DNA of 32,000 nt from Methanosphaera stadtmanae DSM 3091 (GTDB lineage: Archaea > Methanobacteriota > Methanobacteria > Methanobacteriales > Methanobacteriaceae): positions 870,001 to 902,000 of the forward strand of contig NC_007681.1 of assembly GCF_000012545.1 (NCBI RefSeq), written 5' to 3'. The translations under genes and the position numbers were made by a program. Positions 17,354 to 26,795 of the stretch are shown piece by piece (the stretch's first letter is position 1; the number at the start of each line of letters is the position of its first letter). The notes beneath the pieces are model-generated. The model was given only the letters and a program-made list of their open reading frames with translations, searched no databases and had not been told where the DNA came from.

Positions 17354-18765
17354 TTTCTATAATTATGGGTATATGATACTGTTCTATTTTTAATATTTTC
17401 GAAGGTATCATCTACTAACAATTCACCATTTCTAAATACTGTTTGTAAACAATCTTTTCCTTCAGCATCAAAATTCACTGTTTTAAATGTGTCATTTTCT
17501 TTTATTAATTTAAAACGTCCAGCTTTTGATTTTTTACTAATATCTAAAGGTTTTTTAAGAATATCATGCCATGTTCCATTACGTAGTTGGGCAGAACATT
17601 TAAATGCATTTCTTTGAGTATCACGATTTACTGAAGTATGTAATCCTCCACCCATACCAAAGAGTATATTTTCTGCAGCCCATCCATGATTTTTCATTGA
17701 AAAAAGAATATCACGTATTACATGGTAATTTAATCCATCACTCCATAATAGACCAATATTTTTATTAAATACCTTATAACCCATATTATTTTCATGTACT
17801 CCAAATCCATCTGCTAGTAATTCAAGACATTCAATAGCAGTAGGAACAGGTTCTCCACTATCAGGTCTAAATACTATTTTGTTACCTTCTGTTGATAAAA
17901 ACTTCATAATAGTCTTATTAAGAAGACTAGTATTATTTCCAGCTTCTTTAAGAAAATTTCTATAATTATAACTATCAATAACAATTGACAGTATTCCATT
18001 TTGAGCACTGTTAATAACGTTAATAATTTGATCTATTTCATTTTCTTCCCCAAGGGATGTCATTACACTGTGTTCTGTTGCTTGTACACTATAACCATAA
18101 AGATTGGTTTCATTATAATAATTTTCTGGAATTGTTAGAGCAGGAAGAGTATCTGTACCAGAAAAACTTAGTAGATGTGCAGATCCTGCTAGTTTTGAGG
18201 ATTCATTTGATGTTGATCCACGATATCCAAAGTCATGTAACATGAAATCAGCATTATCATGTGAAGAACCAGTTATGTCAAGATAAAAATTACATAATTT
18301 TTTTACTTCAGCAGATAATGTTGCAACTGTTGATGGATACCATACTTGTAATAATAAAGGTTCAAGATAATTAGATAACCAAAAACATTTACTATCAGTA
18401 TTTTCTACTGTCATTAAAACATTACTTACATCTACTGGTGTTCCTTCTGGTACTGCCTTAATTTCTACTGGTAATTTTCCATCTAAATCATTAGCAATAT
18501 ATAACCAGTCATCTGTGTTAAATATATTTGGACCAATATGCTTTTCTATGATTCTTTCTGCTTCATAGACTTTTTCTTCTGTGACAACTTGTCCTACTAA
18601 ATAATTTTTAAGAATATATTGAAGTCCATAGAATATTGTCTTATTAAATTCAGAACCAATTCTACTTTCCATGTATGAATATAATTTCTGTGTATTTTCA
18701 GGATAAAAGTAGTGATGTGTTACTTTATAACTATCTGTGAGTAGACATATATTGTTTTCTATCAT
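17350..18765 (-). CDS. nadV: Nicotinamide phosphoribosyltransferase (NAMPT/NadV family)
   Basis: 471 aa. The N-terminus 'NICLLTDSYKVTHHYFYPENTQKLYSYMESR' matches the NAMPT signature I recall ('LLTDSYK..H...YP.......SY.E.R'). Size and the '..GMGGGL..' region also fit the family. RBS 'aaggag' lies ~10 nt upstream. Confidence 0.8.
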   Translation of the reverse strand: MIENNICLLTDSYKVTHHYFYPENTQKLYSYMESRIGSEFNKTIFYGLQYILKNYLVGQVVTEEKVYEAERIIEKHIGPNIFNTDDWLYIANDLDGKLPVEIKAVPEGTPVDVSNVLMTVENTDSKCFWLSNYLEPLLLQVWYPSTVATLSAEVKKLCNFYLDITGSSHDNADFMLHDFGYRGSTSNESSKLAGSAHLLSFSGTDTLPALTIPENYYNETNLYGYSVQATEHSVMTSLGEENEIDQIINVINSAQNGILSIVIDSYNYRNFLKEAGNNTSLLNKTIMKFLSTEGNKIVFRPDSGEPVPTAIECLELLADGFGVHENNMGYKVFNKNIGLLWSDGLNYHVIRDILFSMKNHGWAAENILFGMGGGLHTSVNRDTQRNAFKCSAQLRNGTWHDILKKPLDISKKSKAGRFKLIKENDTFKTVNFDAEGKDCLQTVFRNGELLVDDTFENIKNRTVSYTHNYRK

Positions 18766-19091
18766 AATTATTTTTACTCCTTTATTTTTTTATTATTATC
18801 TGTTAATTATACTATTTAATATTTTACGTGCTATTTTACTTAAATAAAGTAAATTTGATGTTTTAAATGAAGATTTTTTAAATAATTTTTAGCATGGGGA
18901 TGTGTTTTTTATTTTTTGATATTGGATATATAGTCTCTTTTTTTAAAAAAAATCAATTATAATTTAAAAAATAAAAACTTATTTTAAATAAAATAAATAA
19001 ATTATATTCATGGATTAATGAATTTAGGTAATTTAAAAAAAATTATTTTTATTAATTCAAAAAATATAAAAAAAATGGAGGAAATATTTTA

Positions 19092-22000
19092 ATGAAAATT
19101 AATAATAAAACATGTTTTATATTAATTACACTTATTTCATTAACAATACTACTTTCAGCAGTATCAGCCGCTGATACAAACAATACTATTAACTTTGAAA
19201 AAGTAGAAAAAACAAGTGATACCAATGTTGTTACTACTGAAAGTCCTAAAAATACAGAAAAAACACAAATAGCAATACAAAATAATAAAGAAGTACAACA
19301 AACTACAGATAAAACAACATCACAACTAGAAAATAACAAAAAAGTGGCAAGTACGCAAGATAAAATAACTACACATAATAAAACACAAAAAAATTTAAAA
19401 ACAGCTACACAAGAAATTTCTATAAACACATACAATGATCTTAAAAATAATATTGCTTCTGCTAGTGGAAAAACAAAAACATTATCTTTGAAAAATAATA
19501 TTACATTAGGTGGAAATTTAGTTCTTAAAGGAACAAATTCTCTATTAACAATCAATGGTAATGGATATATCATTGATGGAGATACTAAATATCAATTTAT
19601 TAGAGTAAATCCAAAGAATAAATTAGTTCTAAATAATGTTATAATCATAAATTGTTATACTGAAGATAATGGTGGAGCAATAGATAACTATGGTACAACA
19701 GTTGTTAAAGATTCAAAATTCTTCTATAATGAAGCTAGTGTTGGTGGAGTAATAAATAATAGAAATCAATTAACAGTTACAAACTCTGTATTTATAAATA
19801 ATGCAGGTTCTTTCTTTGGTGGAGCAATATCAACACATAATATAGCTACTATAGAAAATTGTGATTTCATATACAATGTTGCACAAAGTGGAGGAGCAAT
19901 ATTCTCTGATGCAAATCGTACAGAAACTACAACAACTACAATAAGAAATTGTACTTTTTCAAAAAATCAAGTAAAAGATGCTGGAAGTTCAATTACAAGT
20001 ACTGATGGAAGAACAAAAATATATAAATCAAGATTCACAGATGGTGTTGGACCAAATACAATATATAGTGAAAGTATTTTAAAAAATGCTACATTAATAA
20101 TAGATTCATCATTTTTCAATGAAACAAAAACAAAATATATTCAACTATCAAATGATACACAAGAAGATATTACAAATGATGTATATATTTCAAATAACAC
20201 ATTTGTTGGACAGAAAGTATCAACTAAAATCACATTAAATGTATTAAATATAAATTCAAAAAATACAACAGTAAAAGTTACAGGAATAAATTTCTACAAT
20301 AAAACATTAAATGAAGGAATTGTAACATTATATGCAAATAATAAGAAAACATCAAAAAGTATGTCAAATGGTCAAGCAACAATAATATTCAATATTAGTC
20401 CAGGAAAGCATGATTTAAAAGCAGTATATGAATCTAATAATATGTATGCAAGTTCTTCAGATTCAAAAACAATAACAGTTCCTAAAATAAATACAACCCT
20501 TACAACAGAAATTCTTAAAAAAACTGTAAAAGACACTACATTACACATAACAGTTAAAGCAGCTGATGGTTCTAAAACAACAGGAAATGTTTCAATAGTA
20601 CATAAAGGAAAAGTATTACTTACAAAAGCATTAGTAAATGGTGCAAACACATATGTATTTGAATTACCAGAAGGAAAACAAGATGTGGAAGTAAAATATC
20701 TTGGAAATAGTATGTATGTACCAACTTCTAAAACTTACTCCATTACAACAACAAAAACAACTGTTGGTTTTACAACATATATCTTAAAAAAGACAACAAA
20801 TAACATTACCTTTAAAGTAATGGCATATGATACTAATAAAACAAAAGTACCTGGTAAAATATCTATTGTAAATAAAAATGGAACTACCCTTGTTACAAAA
20901 GCATTAACAAATGGTGAATGCTTATTAACATTTAATTTACCAGCAGGAAAACAAAGTGTAGAAGTAAAATATCTTGGAGATAAATACTATAAAGCTGCAT
21001 CTAAAGCATATACATTTGAAGTATCTAAAGTTCAAACAGGTATAACAACATACATCCTAAACTCTTTAACTTCAAATACAACATTTAAAGTAATGGTATC
21101 TAGTGCAGATAAATCAACAGTAAATGGTAATGTTGCAATAATAAATAATGGTAAAACATTACTTACAAAAGCATTAACAAATGGTGAATGCTTATTAACA
21201 TTTAAATTACCGGCAGGAAAACAAAATATAACAGTAAAATACCTTGGAAATAATATATACAACAGTAAAACTAAAGTATATACAGTAAATGTAAAAGATA
21301 AAGTTCCAGTAACTATAACTACATACATTCTTAAGAAAACCACATCCAATACAACATTTAAGGTAATGGTAAATGGTACAGATAAAACAAGAGCAACAGG
21401 TAATGTTGCAATAATAAATAATGGTAAAACATTACTTACAAAAGCATTAACAAATGGTGAATGCTTATTAACATTTAGTTTACCAGCAGGAAAACAAAGT
21501 GTAGAAGTAAAATATCTTGGAGATACAAAGTACTCACCAGCATCAAAAACATACACATTTGATGTGAGTGATATTACTCCAGTAACTATAACTACCTATA
21601 TTCTTAAGAAAACCACATCCAATACAACATTTAAGGTAATGGTAAATGGTACAGATAAAACAAGAGCAACAGGTAATGTTGCAATAATAAATAATGGTAA
21701 AACATTACTTACAAAAGCATTAACAAATGGTGAATGCTTATTAACATTTAGTTTACCAGCAGGAAAACAAAGTGTAGAAGTAAAATATCTTGGAGATACA
21801 AAGTACTCACCAGCATCAAAAACATACACATTTGATGTGAGTGATATTACTCCAGTAACTATAACTACATACATTCTTAAGAAAACCACTTCTAACACAA
21901 CATTTAAGGTAATGGTAAATGGTACAGATAAAACAAGAGCAACAGGTAATGTTGCAATAATAAATAATGGTAAAACATTACTTACAAAAGCACTGACAAA

Positions 22001-22760
22001 TGGTGAATGCTTATTAACATTTAGTTTACCAGCAGGAAAACAAAGTGTAGAAGTAAAATATCTTGGAGATACAAAGTACTCACCAGCATCAAAAACATAC
22101 ACATTTGATGTGAGTGATATTACTCCAGTAACTATAACTACCTATATTCTTAAGAAAACCACATCCAATACAACATTTAAGGTAATGGTAAATGGTACAG
22201 ATAAAACAAGAGCAACAGGTAATGTTGCAATAATAAATAATGGTAAAACATTACTTACAAAAGCATTAACAAATGGTGAATGCTTATTAACATTTAGTTT
22301 ACCAGCAGGAAAACAAAGTGTAGAAGTAAAATATCTTGGAGATACAAAGTACTCACCAGCATCAAAAACATACACATTTGATGTGAGTGATATTACTCCA
22401 GTAACTATAACTACATACATTCTTAAGAAAACCACTTCTAACACAACATTTAAGGTAATGGTAAATGGTACAGATAAAACAAGAGCAACAGGTAATGTTG
22501 CAATAATAAATAATGGTAAAACATTACTTACAAAAGCACTGACAAATGGTGAATGCTTATTAACATTTAGTTTACCAGCAGGAAAACAAAGTGTAGAAGT
22601 AAAATATCTTGGAGATACAAAGTACTTACCAGCATCAAAAACATACACATTTGATGTAACAGAAGTAAATCCCTTAAAAACAGTAGATACAATATTTACA
22701 TTACCACAAGTAAATAATAATGATAGTTTATATAATATAAGTACCAACATTAAAGCTTAA
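19092..22760 (+). CDS. Secreted Asn/Thr-rich adhesin-like protein (1222 aa): signal peptide, PMP/beta-helix repeats, nine Ig-like modules
   Basis: RBS 'ggagg' sits at 19076-19080. The signal-like N-terminus is 'MKINNKTCFILITLISLTILLSAVSAADT'. It has 'GGAI'/'FxxN'-type repeats ('EDNGGAIDNYG', 'FFGGAISTHN', 'QSGGAIFSDA'). Nine ~91-aa modules lie at ~20215-22660. No C-terminal TM or anchor motif is evident. Confidence 0.9.
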   Translation: MKINNKTCFILITLISLTILLSAVSAADTNNTINFEKVEKTSDTNVVTTESPKNTEKTQIAIQNNKEVQQTTDKTTSQLENNKKVASTQDKITTHNKTQKNLKTATQEISINTYNDLKNNIASASGKTKTLSLKNNITLGGNLVLKGTNSLLTINGNGYIIDGDTKYQFIRVNPKNKLVLNNVIIINCYTEDNGGAIDNYGTTVVKDSKFFYNEASVGGVINNRNQLTVTNSVFINNAGSFFGGAISTHNIATIENCDFIYNVAQSGGAIFSDANRTETTTTTIRNCTFSKNQVKDAGSSITSTDGRTKIYKSRFTDGVGPNTIYSESILKNATLIIDSSFFNETKTKYIQLSNDTQEDITNDVYISNNTFVGQKVSTKITLNVLNINSKNTTVKVTGINFYNKTLNEGIVTLYANNKKTSKSMSNGQATIIFNISPGKHDLKAVYESNNMYASSSDSKTITVPKINTTLTTEILKKTVKDTTLHITVKAADGSKTTGNVSIVHKGKVLLTKALVNGANTYVFELPEGKQDVEVKYLGNSMYVPTSKTYSITTTKTTVGFTTYILKKTTNNITFKVMAYDTNKTKVPGKISIVNKNGTTLVTKALTNGECLLTFNLPAGKQSVEVKYLGDKYYKAASKAYTFEVSKVQTGITTYILNSLTSNTTFKVMVSSADKSTVNGNVAIINNGKTLLTKALTNGECLLTFKLPAGKQNITVKYLGNNIYNSKTKVYTVNVKDKVPVTITTYILKKTTSNTTFKVMVNGTDKTRATGNVAIINNGKTLLTKALTNGECLLTFSLPAGKQSVEVKYLGDTKYSPASKTYTFDVSDITPVTITTYILKKTTSNTTFKVMVNGTDKTRATGNVAIINNGKTLLTKALTNGECLLTFSLPAGKQSVEVKYLGDTKYSPASKTYTFDVSDITPVTITTYILKKTTSNTTFKVMVNGTDKTRATGNVAIINNGKTLLTKALTNGECLLTFSLPAGKQSVEVKYLGDTKYSPASKTYTFDVSDITPVTITTYILKKTTSNTTFKVMVNGTDKTRATGNVAIINNGKTLLTKALTNGECLLTFSLPAGKQSVEVKYLGDTKYSPASKTYTFDVSDITPVTITTYILKKTTSNTTFKVMVNGTDKTRATGNVAIINNGKTLLTKALTNGECLLTFSLPAGKQSVEVKYLGDTKYLPASKTYTFDVTEVNPLKTVDTIFTLPQVNNNDSLYNISTNIKA
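21304..22657. repeat. Five near-identical in-frame 273-bp units (91 aa) with an exact 546-bp higher-order duplication
   Basis: Units start at 21304, 21577, 21850, 22123 and 22396. The block 21577-22122 is repeated exactly at 22123 and continues to ~22626. The five 91-aa protein units are near-identical: units 2-4 are identical, unit 1 differs only at its first residues ('KVP' vs 'ITP'), and unit 5 differs at one Ser>Leu plus its divergent end. Confidence 0.95.
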
Positions 22761-22800
22761 AAAAAGAGTTTTAATTTATTCTCTTTTTCTTTTTTTTATT
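22759..22800 (+). terminator. Hairpin plus T-run terminator after the adhesin-like gene
   Basis: The stem aaaaagag (22761-22768) / ctcttttt (22781-22788) is followed by 'cttttttttatt' (T8). Confidence 0.45.
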
Positions 22801-22867
22801 TAGTAAATATTAAGAATTATTTTATTCAAATAATAGATTATAGACTAATTAATTGGTTTGATATAAT

Positions 22868-23293
22868 ATGACATTATTTAGTAAAATAAATTTAAAACAA
22901 TTTGAAACCTTAAACTATATTGTGAATAACACAGATATTGCTCATATAACCTGTATAATAAAGTGTATAATTCAATCAGATAAATTAGAAACACCATATT
23001 ATATGGATACAGAAATTTCATTATCACACTGTGTTGAAAATGAGGAAAAGGGGATTGTTCATGCAATGGATGTATTTAAACATCATAGAATGTATAATCT
23101 TAATGAGAAAACATATATTAAATTACAAAAAAGTATGATAGACACATTTTCTAATGAACATGAAAAAACATTAGAAACAGATTTCTCTAAGAATAAACAA
23201 ATAATAGAAATAAGAACAATGAATGCATCAAAACTAAAGAAAATACTAGAAAAATATGAAACATTCTTTAAACAAGTAGATGCATTAATTTAA
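22868..23293 (+). CDS. Hypothetical protein (141 aa), no recognisable domain
   Basis: A stop-free 426-nt frame is unlikely by chance at this AT content. Composition is typical of local coding sequence. It ends 39 nt before the next gene on the same strand. The RBS is weak or absent. Confidence 0.55.
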   Translation: MTLFSKINLKQFETLNYIVNNTDIAHITCIIKCIIQSDKLETPYYMDTEISLSHCVENEEKGIVHAMDVFKHHRMYNLNEKTYIKLQKSMIDTFSNEHEKTLETDFSKNKQIIEIRTMNASKLKKILEKYETFFKQVDALI

Positions 23294-23332
23294 AATTATT
23301 TTTTTATTAAAAAAAATAAAAGAGATATTTAT

Positions 23333-26116
23333 ATGAAATTAGTTCTAAATAATCCTGAATATAATGTTAAAGTATTAACAACAATTCAAAATGAATTACA
23401 GAAATGTGAAGAATTTTATATTGCAGTAGCATTCATTACAGAAAGTGGAATTACACCACTACTACAAAATCTTAAGGAATTAGAACAAAAAAATGTTAAA
23501 GGTAAGATCTTAACAACAGATTATCTAGCATTTAGTCAACCGAAGGCTTTAAAAAGATTAAATAATTTAAGTAATATTGAAGTTAGACTATATCAAGTAA
23601 CTGATAGTTATGGATTTCATCCAAAAGGATATATTTTTAAAAATACCAATTACTATAACATTCTAATAGGTAGTTCTAATCTAACACAGAAGGCATTAAC
23701 TGTTAATATGGAATGGAATATATTAACAGAGTATAGGGAAAATAATGAAATAGTATCTGATTTATCAAATTCATTTATAAAATATTGGAATAAATCAAGA
23801 AATATAGATGAATGTATTGATGAATATGAAGCATATTATAATGAGAGTAATAAACATACATATTATCCTAAAAAAGAAATTAAAGATGAATTTAAACCTA
23901 ATTCTATGCAAAAACAATTCATAGATAACTTTTTAGAAACTATAAAAACACATACAAGAGGATTACTTATAAGTGCAACAGGTACTGGTAAAACATATGC
24001 CTCAGCATTTGCACTAAGAGAAATTAATCCTAGAAAAATATTATTCTTAGTACATAGGGAACAAATAGCTAAACAAGCAATGAACTCATATAAGAATGTC
24101 TTTAAAAATAGAAGTTATGGACTTTTCACAGGTACTTCTAAGGATTATGATGCAGACTTTATATTCAGTACCATACAGACTATGAGTCAAGAAAAGTATT
24201 ATTCTAGATATGAAAAAGATGAATTTGACATAATTGTTATTGATGAAGTTCATCATGCAGGAGCACCAAGTTACCAGGAAATTATGAATTATTTTACTCC
24301 AAAATTCTATTTAGGCATGACTGGTTCTCCAGATCGTAGTGATGAATTTGATATCTATGATCTTTTTGATCATAATATTATATATGAAATTAGATTAAAA
24401 AAGGCTTTAGAAGAAAATATACTTTGTGATTTTCATTATTTTGGAATAAATAATCCTGTGGATGATAATTATTTATCAGAAGGATATGTTGATGAAATTA
24501 TTGAAAATATTGAATATTATGGTTTTAATGGAAATAGAGTAAAGGGATTAGTTTTTTGTAATAACGTGGATAATGCTAAAGTTTTATCAGATATGTTTAA
24601 TATGCGTGGATATAACACTATAAGTCTTAGTGGAAATAATACTCAGGATGAACGTGAAGATGCTATTAATAGACTTGTTAGTGATGATATAGATAATACT
24701 CTTGATTATATATTCACTGTTGATATTTTTAATGAGGGTGTTGATATTATTGAAATTAATCAAATTGTAATGTTAAGACCTACACAATCAAGTATAGTAT
24801 TTATCCAACAGTTGGGTCGTGGTCTTAGAAAACATTCAAATAAGGAGTATGTTGTTGTTCTTGATTTTATTGGAAATTTTGATACTAACTACATGATTCC
24901 CATTGCCCTATCTGATGATAGAACATACAATAAAGATACTATTCGTAAATTCATGTTTGATTCTAATAATCTACTTCCTGGAGCTTCAACAATTAGCTTT
25001 GATAGAATTTCAAAGGAAAAGATTTATCATTCAATTGATAATGCAACTATTAACAGTATTTCCTTTCTAAGAAATAAGTATATGAATTTTAAAAAGAAGA
25101 TTGGTAGAATTCCATTATTAATTGATTTTTATAATTATGATGAACTTGATGCAATGTTTATTATTAAATATATGAAGGAAAAACTACCCTCAAAAAAGAA
25201 GGCATATCCAGTTTTATTATCTAAACTAGATAAGAGTTTTAATAATAGTTTATGTGAAGATGAAATTCTATATTTAGAATTTCTATCACTAAAAATAGCT
25301 AATGGTAAACGTCCACATGAATTAATTATATTAAGGGAATTAATTGAAAATAGACAAATTAGTATATATGATGTTAATAATATCTTAGAAAATAACTACT
25401 CCTTAACAGACAATGCTCTTAGTATAAAAAGTGCTATTAAAATTCTTAGTGTATCCTATTATAAGAAGATGGAACGTACAAAGTATTCTAGGGTAAAACT
25501 TTTAGAAGTTAATAATAACATATTATTTATTCATGAAAACTTTAGAAAATTACTAGAAAATGAAATATTTAAGAAATTTATTTATGATATTATTGATATT
25601 GGATTTAAAGAATATGATTTAAAATATAGAAACCCTAGTTGTACTCCATTTAAGTTGTATGAAAAATATTCAAGAGAAGATGTGTCTCGTCTTTTAAATT
25701 GGCCAGAAAATGAGTCAACAACGATTTTTGGTTATAGAACTGTGGCAGATTTTAAGGGAAATTTATCATGTCCCATGTTTGTAACATATAATAAAAATGA
25801 GGATATTTCACAATCCATACAATATGAGGATAAATTCATTGATAATACGACTATGTATTGGATGAGTAAACATAATAAGACTTTAGAATCTGAGGATGTT
25901 AAAACAATTATTAATTATAGGGATAATAATCTTAAAATGTATTTATTTATTAAAAAAAGTGATTCTGAAGATGAACAATACTTCTATTATGTTGGAGAAG
26001 TTATACCTAAAGAGTATATTCCAACATGTGATAAACTAGGTAATGATATTGTACGTTTTACTCTTAAATTAAATACATCTCTACGTGATGATATTTATGA
26101 GTATTTAGTAAATTAA
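23333..26116 (+). CDS. PLD-family nuclease / SF2 (DExH) ATPase / DUF3427-type C-terminal domain protein; SauUSI-like putative type IV restriction enzyme
   Basis: A single PLD-type motif 'HPKGYIFKNTNYYNILIGSSN' covers aa 96-116 (nt 23618-23680). Walker A 'SATGTGKTY' has GTGKT at nt 23981-23995. 'DEVHH' begins at nt 24242. Helicase motifs 'MTGSPDR' and 'QQLGRGLR' are present. A ~410-aa C-terminal extension ends in a beta-rich module ('..MFVTYNK..MYLFIKK..FYYVGEV..'). Confidence 0.8.
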   Translation: MKLVLNNPEYNVKVLTTIQNELQKCEEFYIAVAFITESGITPLLQNLKELEQKNVKGKILTTDYLAFSQPKALKRLNNLSNIEVRLYQVTDSYGFHPKGYIFKNTNYYNILIGSSNLTQKALTVNMEWNILTEYRENNEIVSDLSNSFIKYWNKSRNIDECIDEYEAYYNESNKHTYYPKKEIKDEFKPNSMQKQFIDNFLETIKTHTRGLLISATGTGKTYASAFALREINPRKILFLVHREQIAKQAMNSYKNVFKNRSYGLFTGTSKDYDADFIFSTIQTMSQEKYYSRYEKDEFDIIVIDEVHHAGAPSYQEIMNYFTPKFYLGMTGSPDRSDEFDIYDLFDHNIIYEIRLKKALEENILCDFHYFGINNPVDDNYLSEGYVDEIIENIEYYGFNGNRVKGLVFCNNVDNAKVLSDMFNMRGYNTISLSGNNTQDEREDAINRLVSDDIDNTLDYIFTVDIFNEGVDIIEINQIVMLRPTQSSIVFIQQLGRGLRKHSNKEYVVVLDFIGNFDTNYMIPIALSDDRTYNKDTIRKFMFDSNNLLPGASTISFDRISKEKIYHSIDNATINSISFLRNKYMNFKKKIGRIPLLIDFYNYDELDAMFIIKYMKEKLPSKKKAYPVLLSKLDKSFNNSLCEDEILYLEFLSLKIANGKRPHELIILRELIENRQISIYDVNNILENNYSLTDNALSIKSAIKILSVSYYKKMERTKYSRVKLLEVNNNILFIHENFRKLLENEIFKKFIYDIIDIGFKEYDLKYRNPSCTPFKLYEKYSREDVSRLLNWPENESTTIFGYRTVADFKGNLSCPMFVTYNKNEDISQSIQYEDKFIDNTTMYWMSKHNKTLESEDVKTIINYRDNNLKMYLFIKKSDSEDEQYFYYVGEVIPKEYIPTCDKLGNDIVRFTLKLNTSLRDDIYEYLVN

Positions 26117-26143
26117 AAAATAAAATAGGTGTGTTTAGTATAT

Positions 26144-26359
26144 TTAATCATATACTTCTATACATTCACCTTTACATTTATCAGCTGCTTCTTGGTATTT
26201 GGTTGGATCATCTACTTCTATTTCTTCCATTCCATCGTCTCTTTCTGAACCTATCATTGTTGCTTTATCATCTGAATCAAATGTAAATAGTGAATCATCT
26301 ACTTCCACACAATTTCCACAACTTGTACATTCATCTCTATCTAATACTATTTCTACCAT
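26144..26359 (-). CDS. Small acidic mono-cluster ferredoxin-like protein (71 aa)
   Basis: It has 'DRDECTSCGNCVEV' (CxxCxxC) plus distal 'CKGECIEVY'. RBS 'taggag' lies upstream. The layout resembles single-cluster archaeal/Thermotoga-type ferredoxins. Confidence 0.6.
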   Translation of the reverse strand: MVEIVLDRDECTSCGNCVEVDDSLFTFDSDDKATMIGSERDDGMEEIEVDDPTKYQEAADKCKGECIEVYD

Positions 26360-26795
26360 ATTCTCAAATCTCCTATTTATTTTAAAAAAACATAAATTGT
26401 ATTTTATAGTTTATATTTTTTTTAATATTAAATCTTTGTTACTTATATATTAACATGGATTAAGTAATGTTTTATATTTTGTTTAATTTTTTTAGGAAAA
26501 AAGTAGATATTATATATAAAACAATATTTTTATTTAATTTTTTTAAAGTATTTTTAAAATTATATGTAACTTTAGAAGTACTTTTCCATATAAAAAATCT
26601 AATTTGAATTATATTAAATCAATACACTATTTTATTAAAAATACTTTTTAAATTCTAGGTATATAGTTTTAAAATTTATTATTTAAAGTATAATTCGAAA
26701 ATAAGACTTATTTTATAGTTTATTTTTAAAAGAAGTTTTTACTTATAATATCTTAAATTAATATATTTGAAAATCTTTATAAAAAAATAAGTCAT

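Noticed and set aside
7175-22657. I asked whether the regular tandem repeats could be CRISPR arrays, or targets of a diversity-generating or phase-variation system.
   Set aside because: The repeats are 273-1152 bp, contiguous with no unique spacers, and in-frame within ORFs. The window contains no cas genes, reverse transcriptase, template repeat or invertase/recombinase. A7-A8 tracts in the 5' parts of the adhesin genes are common throughout this AT-rich sequence and are not specific evidence of slipped-strand switching.
19052-22750. Several - strand ORFs lie inside the 1222-aa adhesin-like gene (19052-19573, 20372-20650, 21032-21556, 21596-22102, 22142-22750).
   Set aside because: This is the same compositional artefact. 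Their repeating sequences simply reflect the 273/546-bp sense-strand repeats. They have no RBS and hydrophobic low-complexity translations.
26400-26723. A 15-nt exact direct repeat 'tattttatagtttat' occurs at 26400-26414 and 26709-26723. Similar AT-only repeats include 'tttaattttttta' near 26481 and 26533.
   Set aside because: These are composed only of A/T plus a single G. A rough estimate gives a non-negligible chance expectation for such matches within a ~600-bp spacer of this composition.
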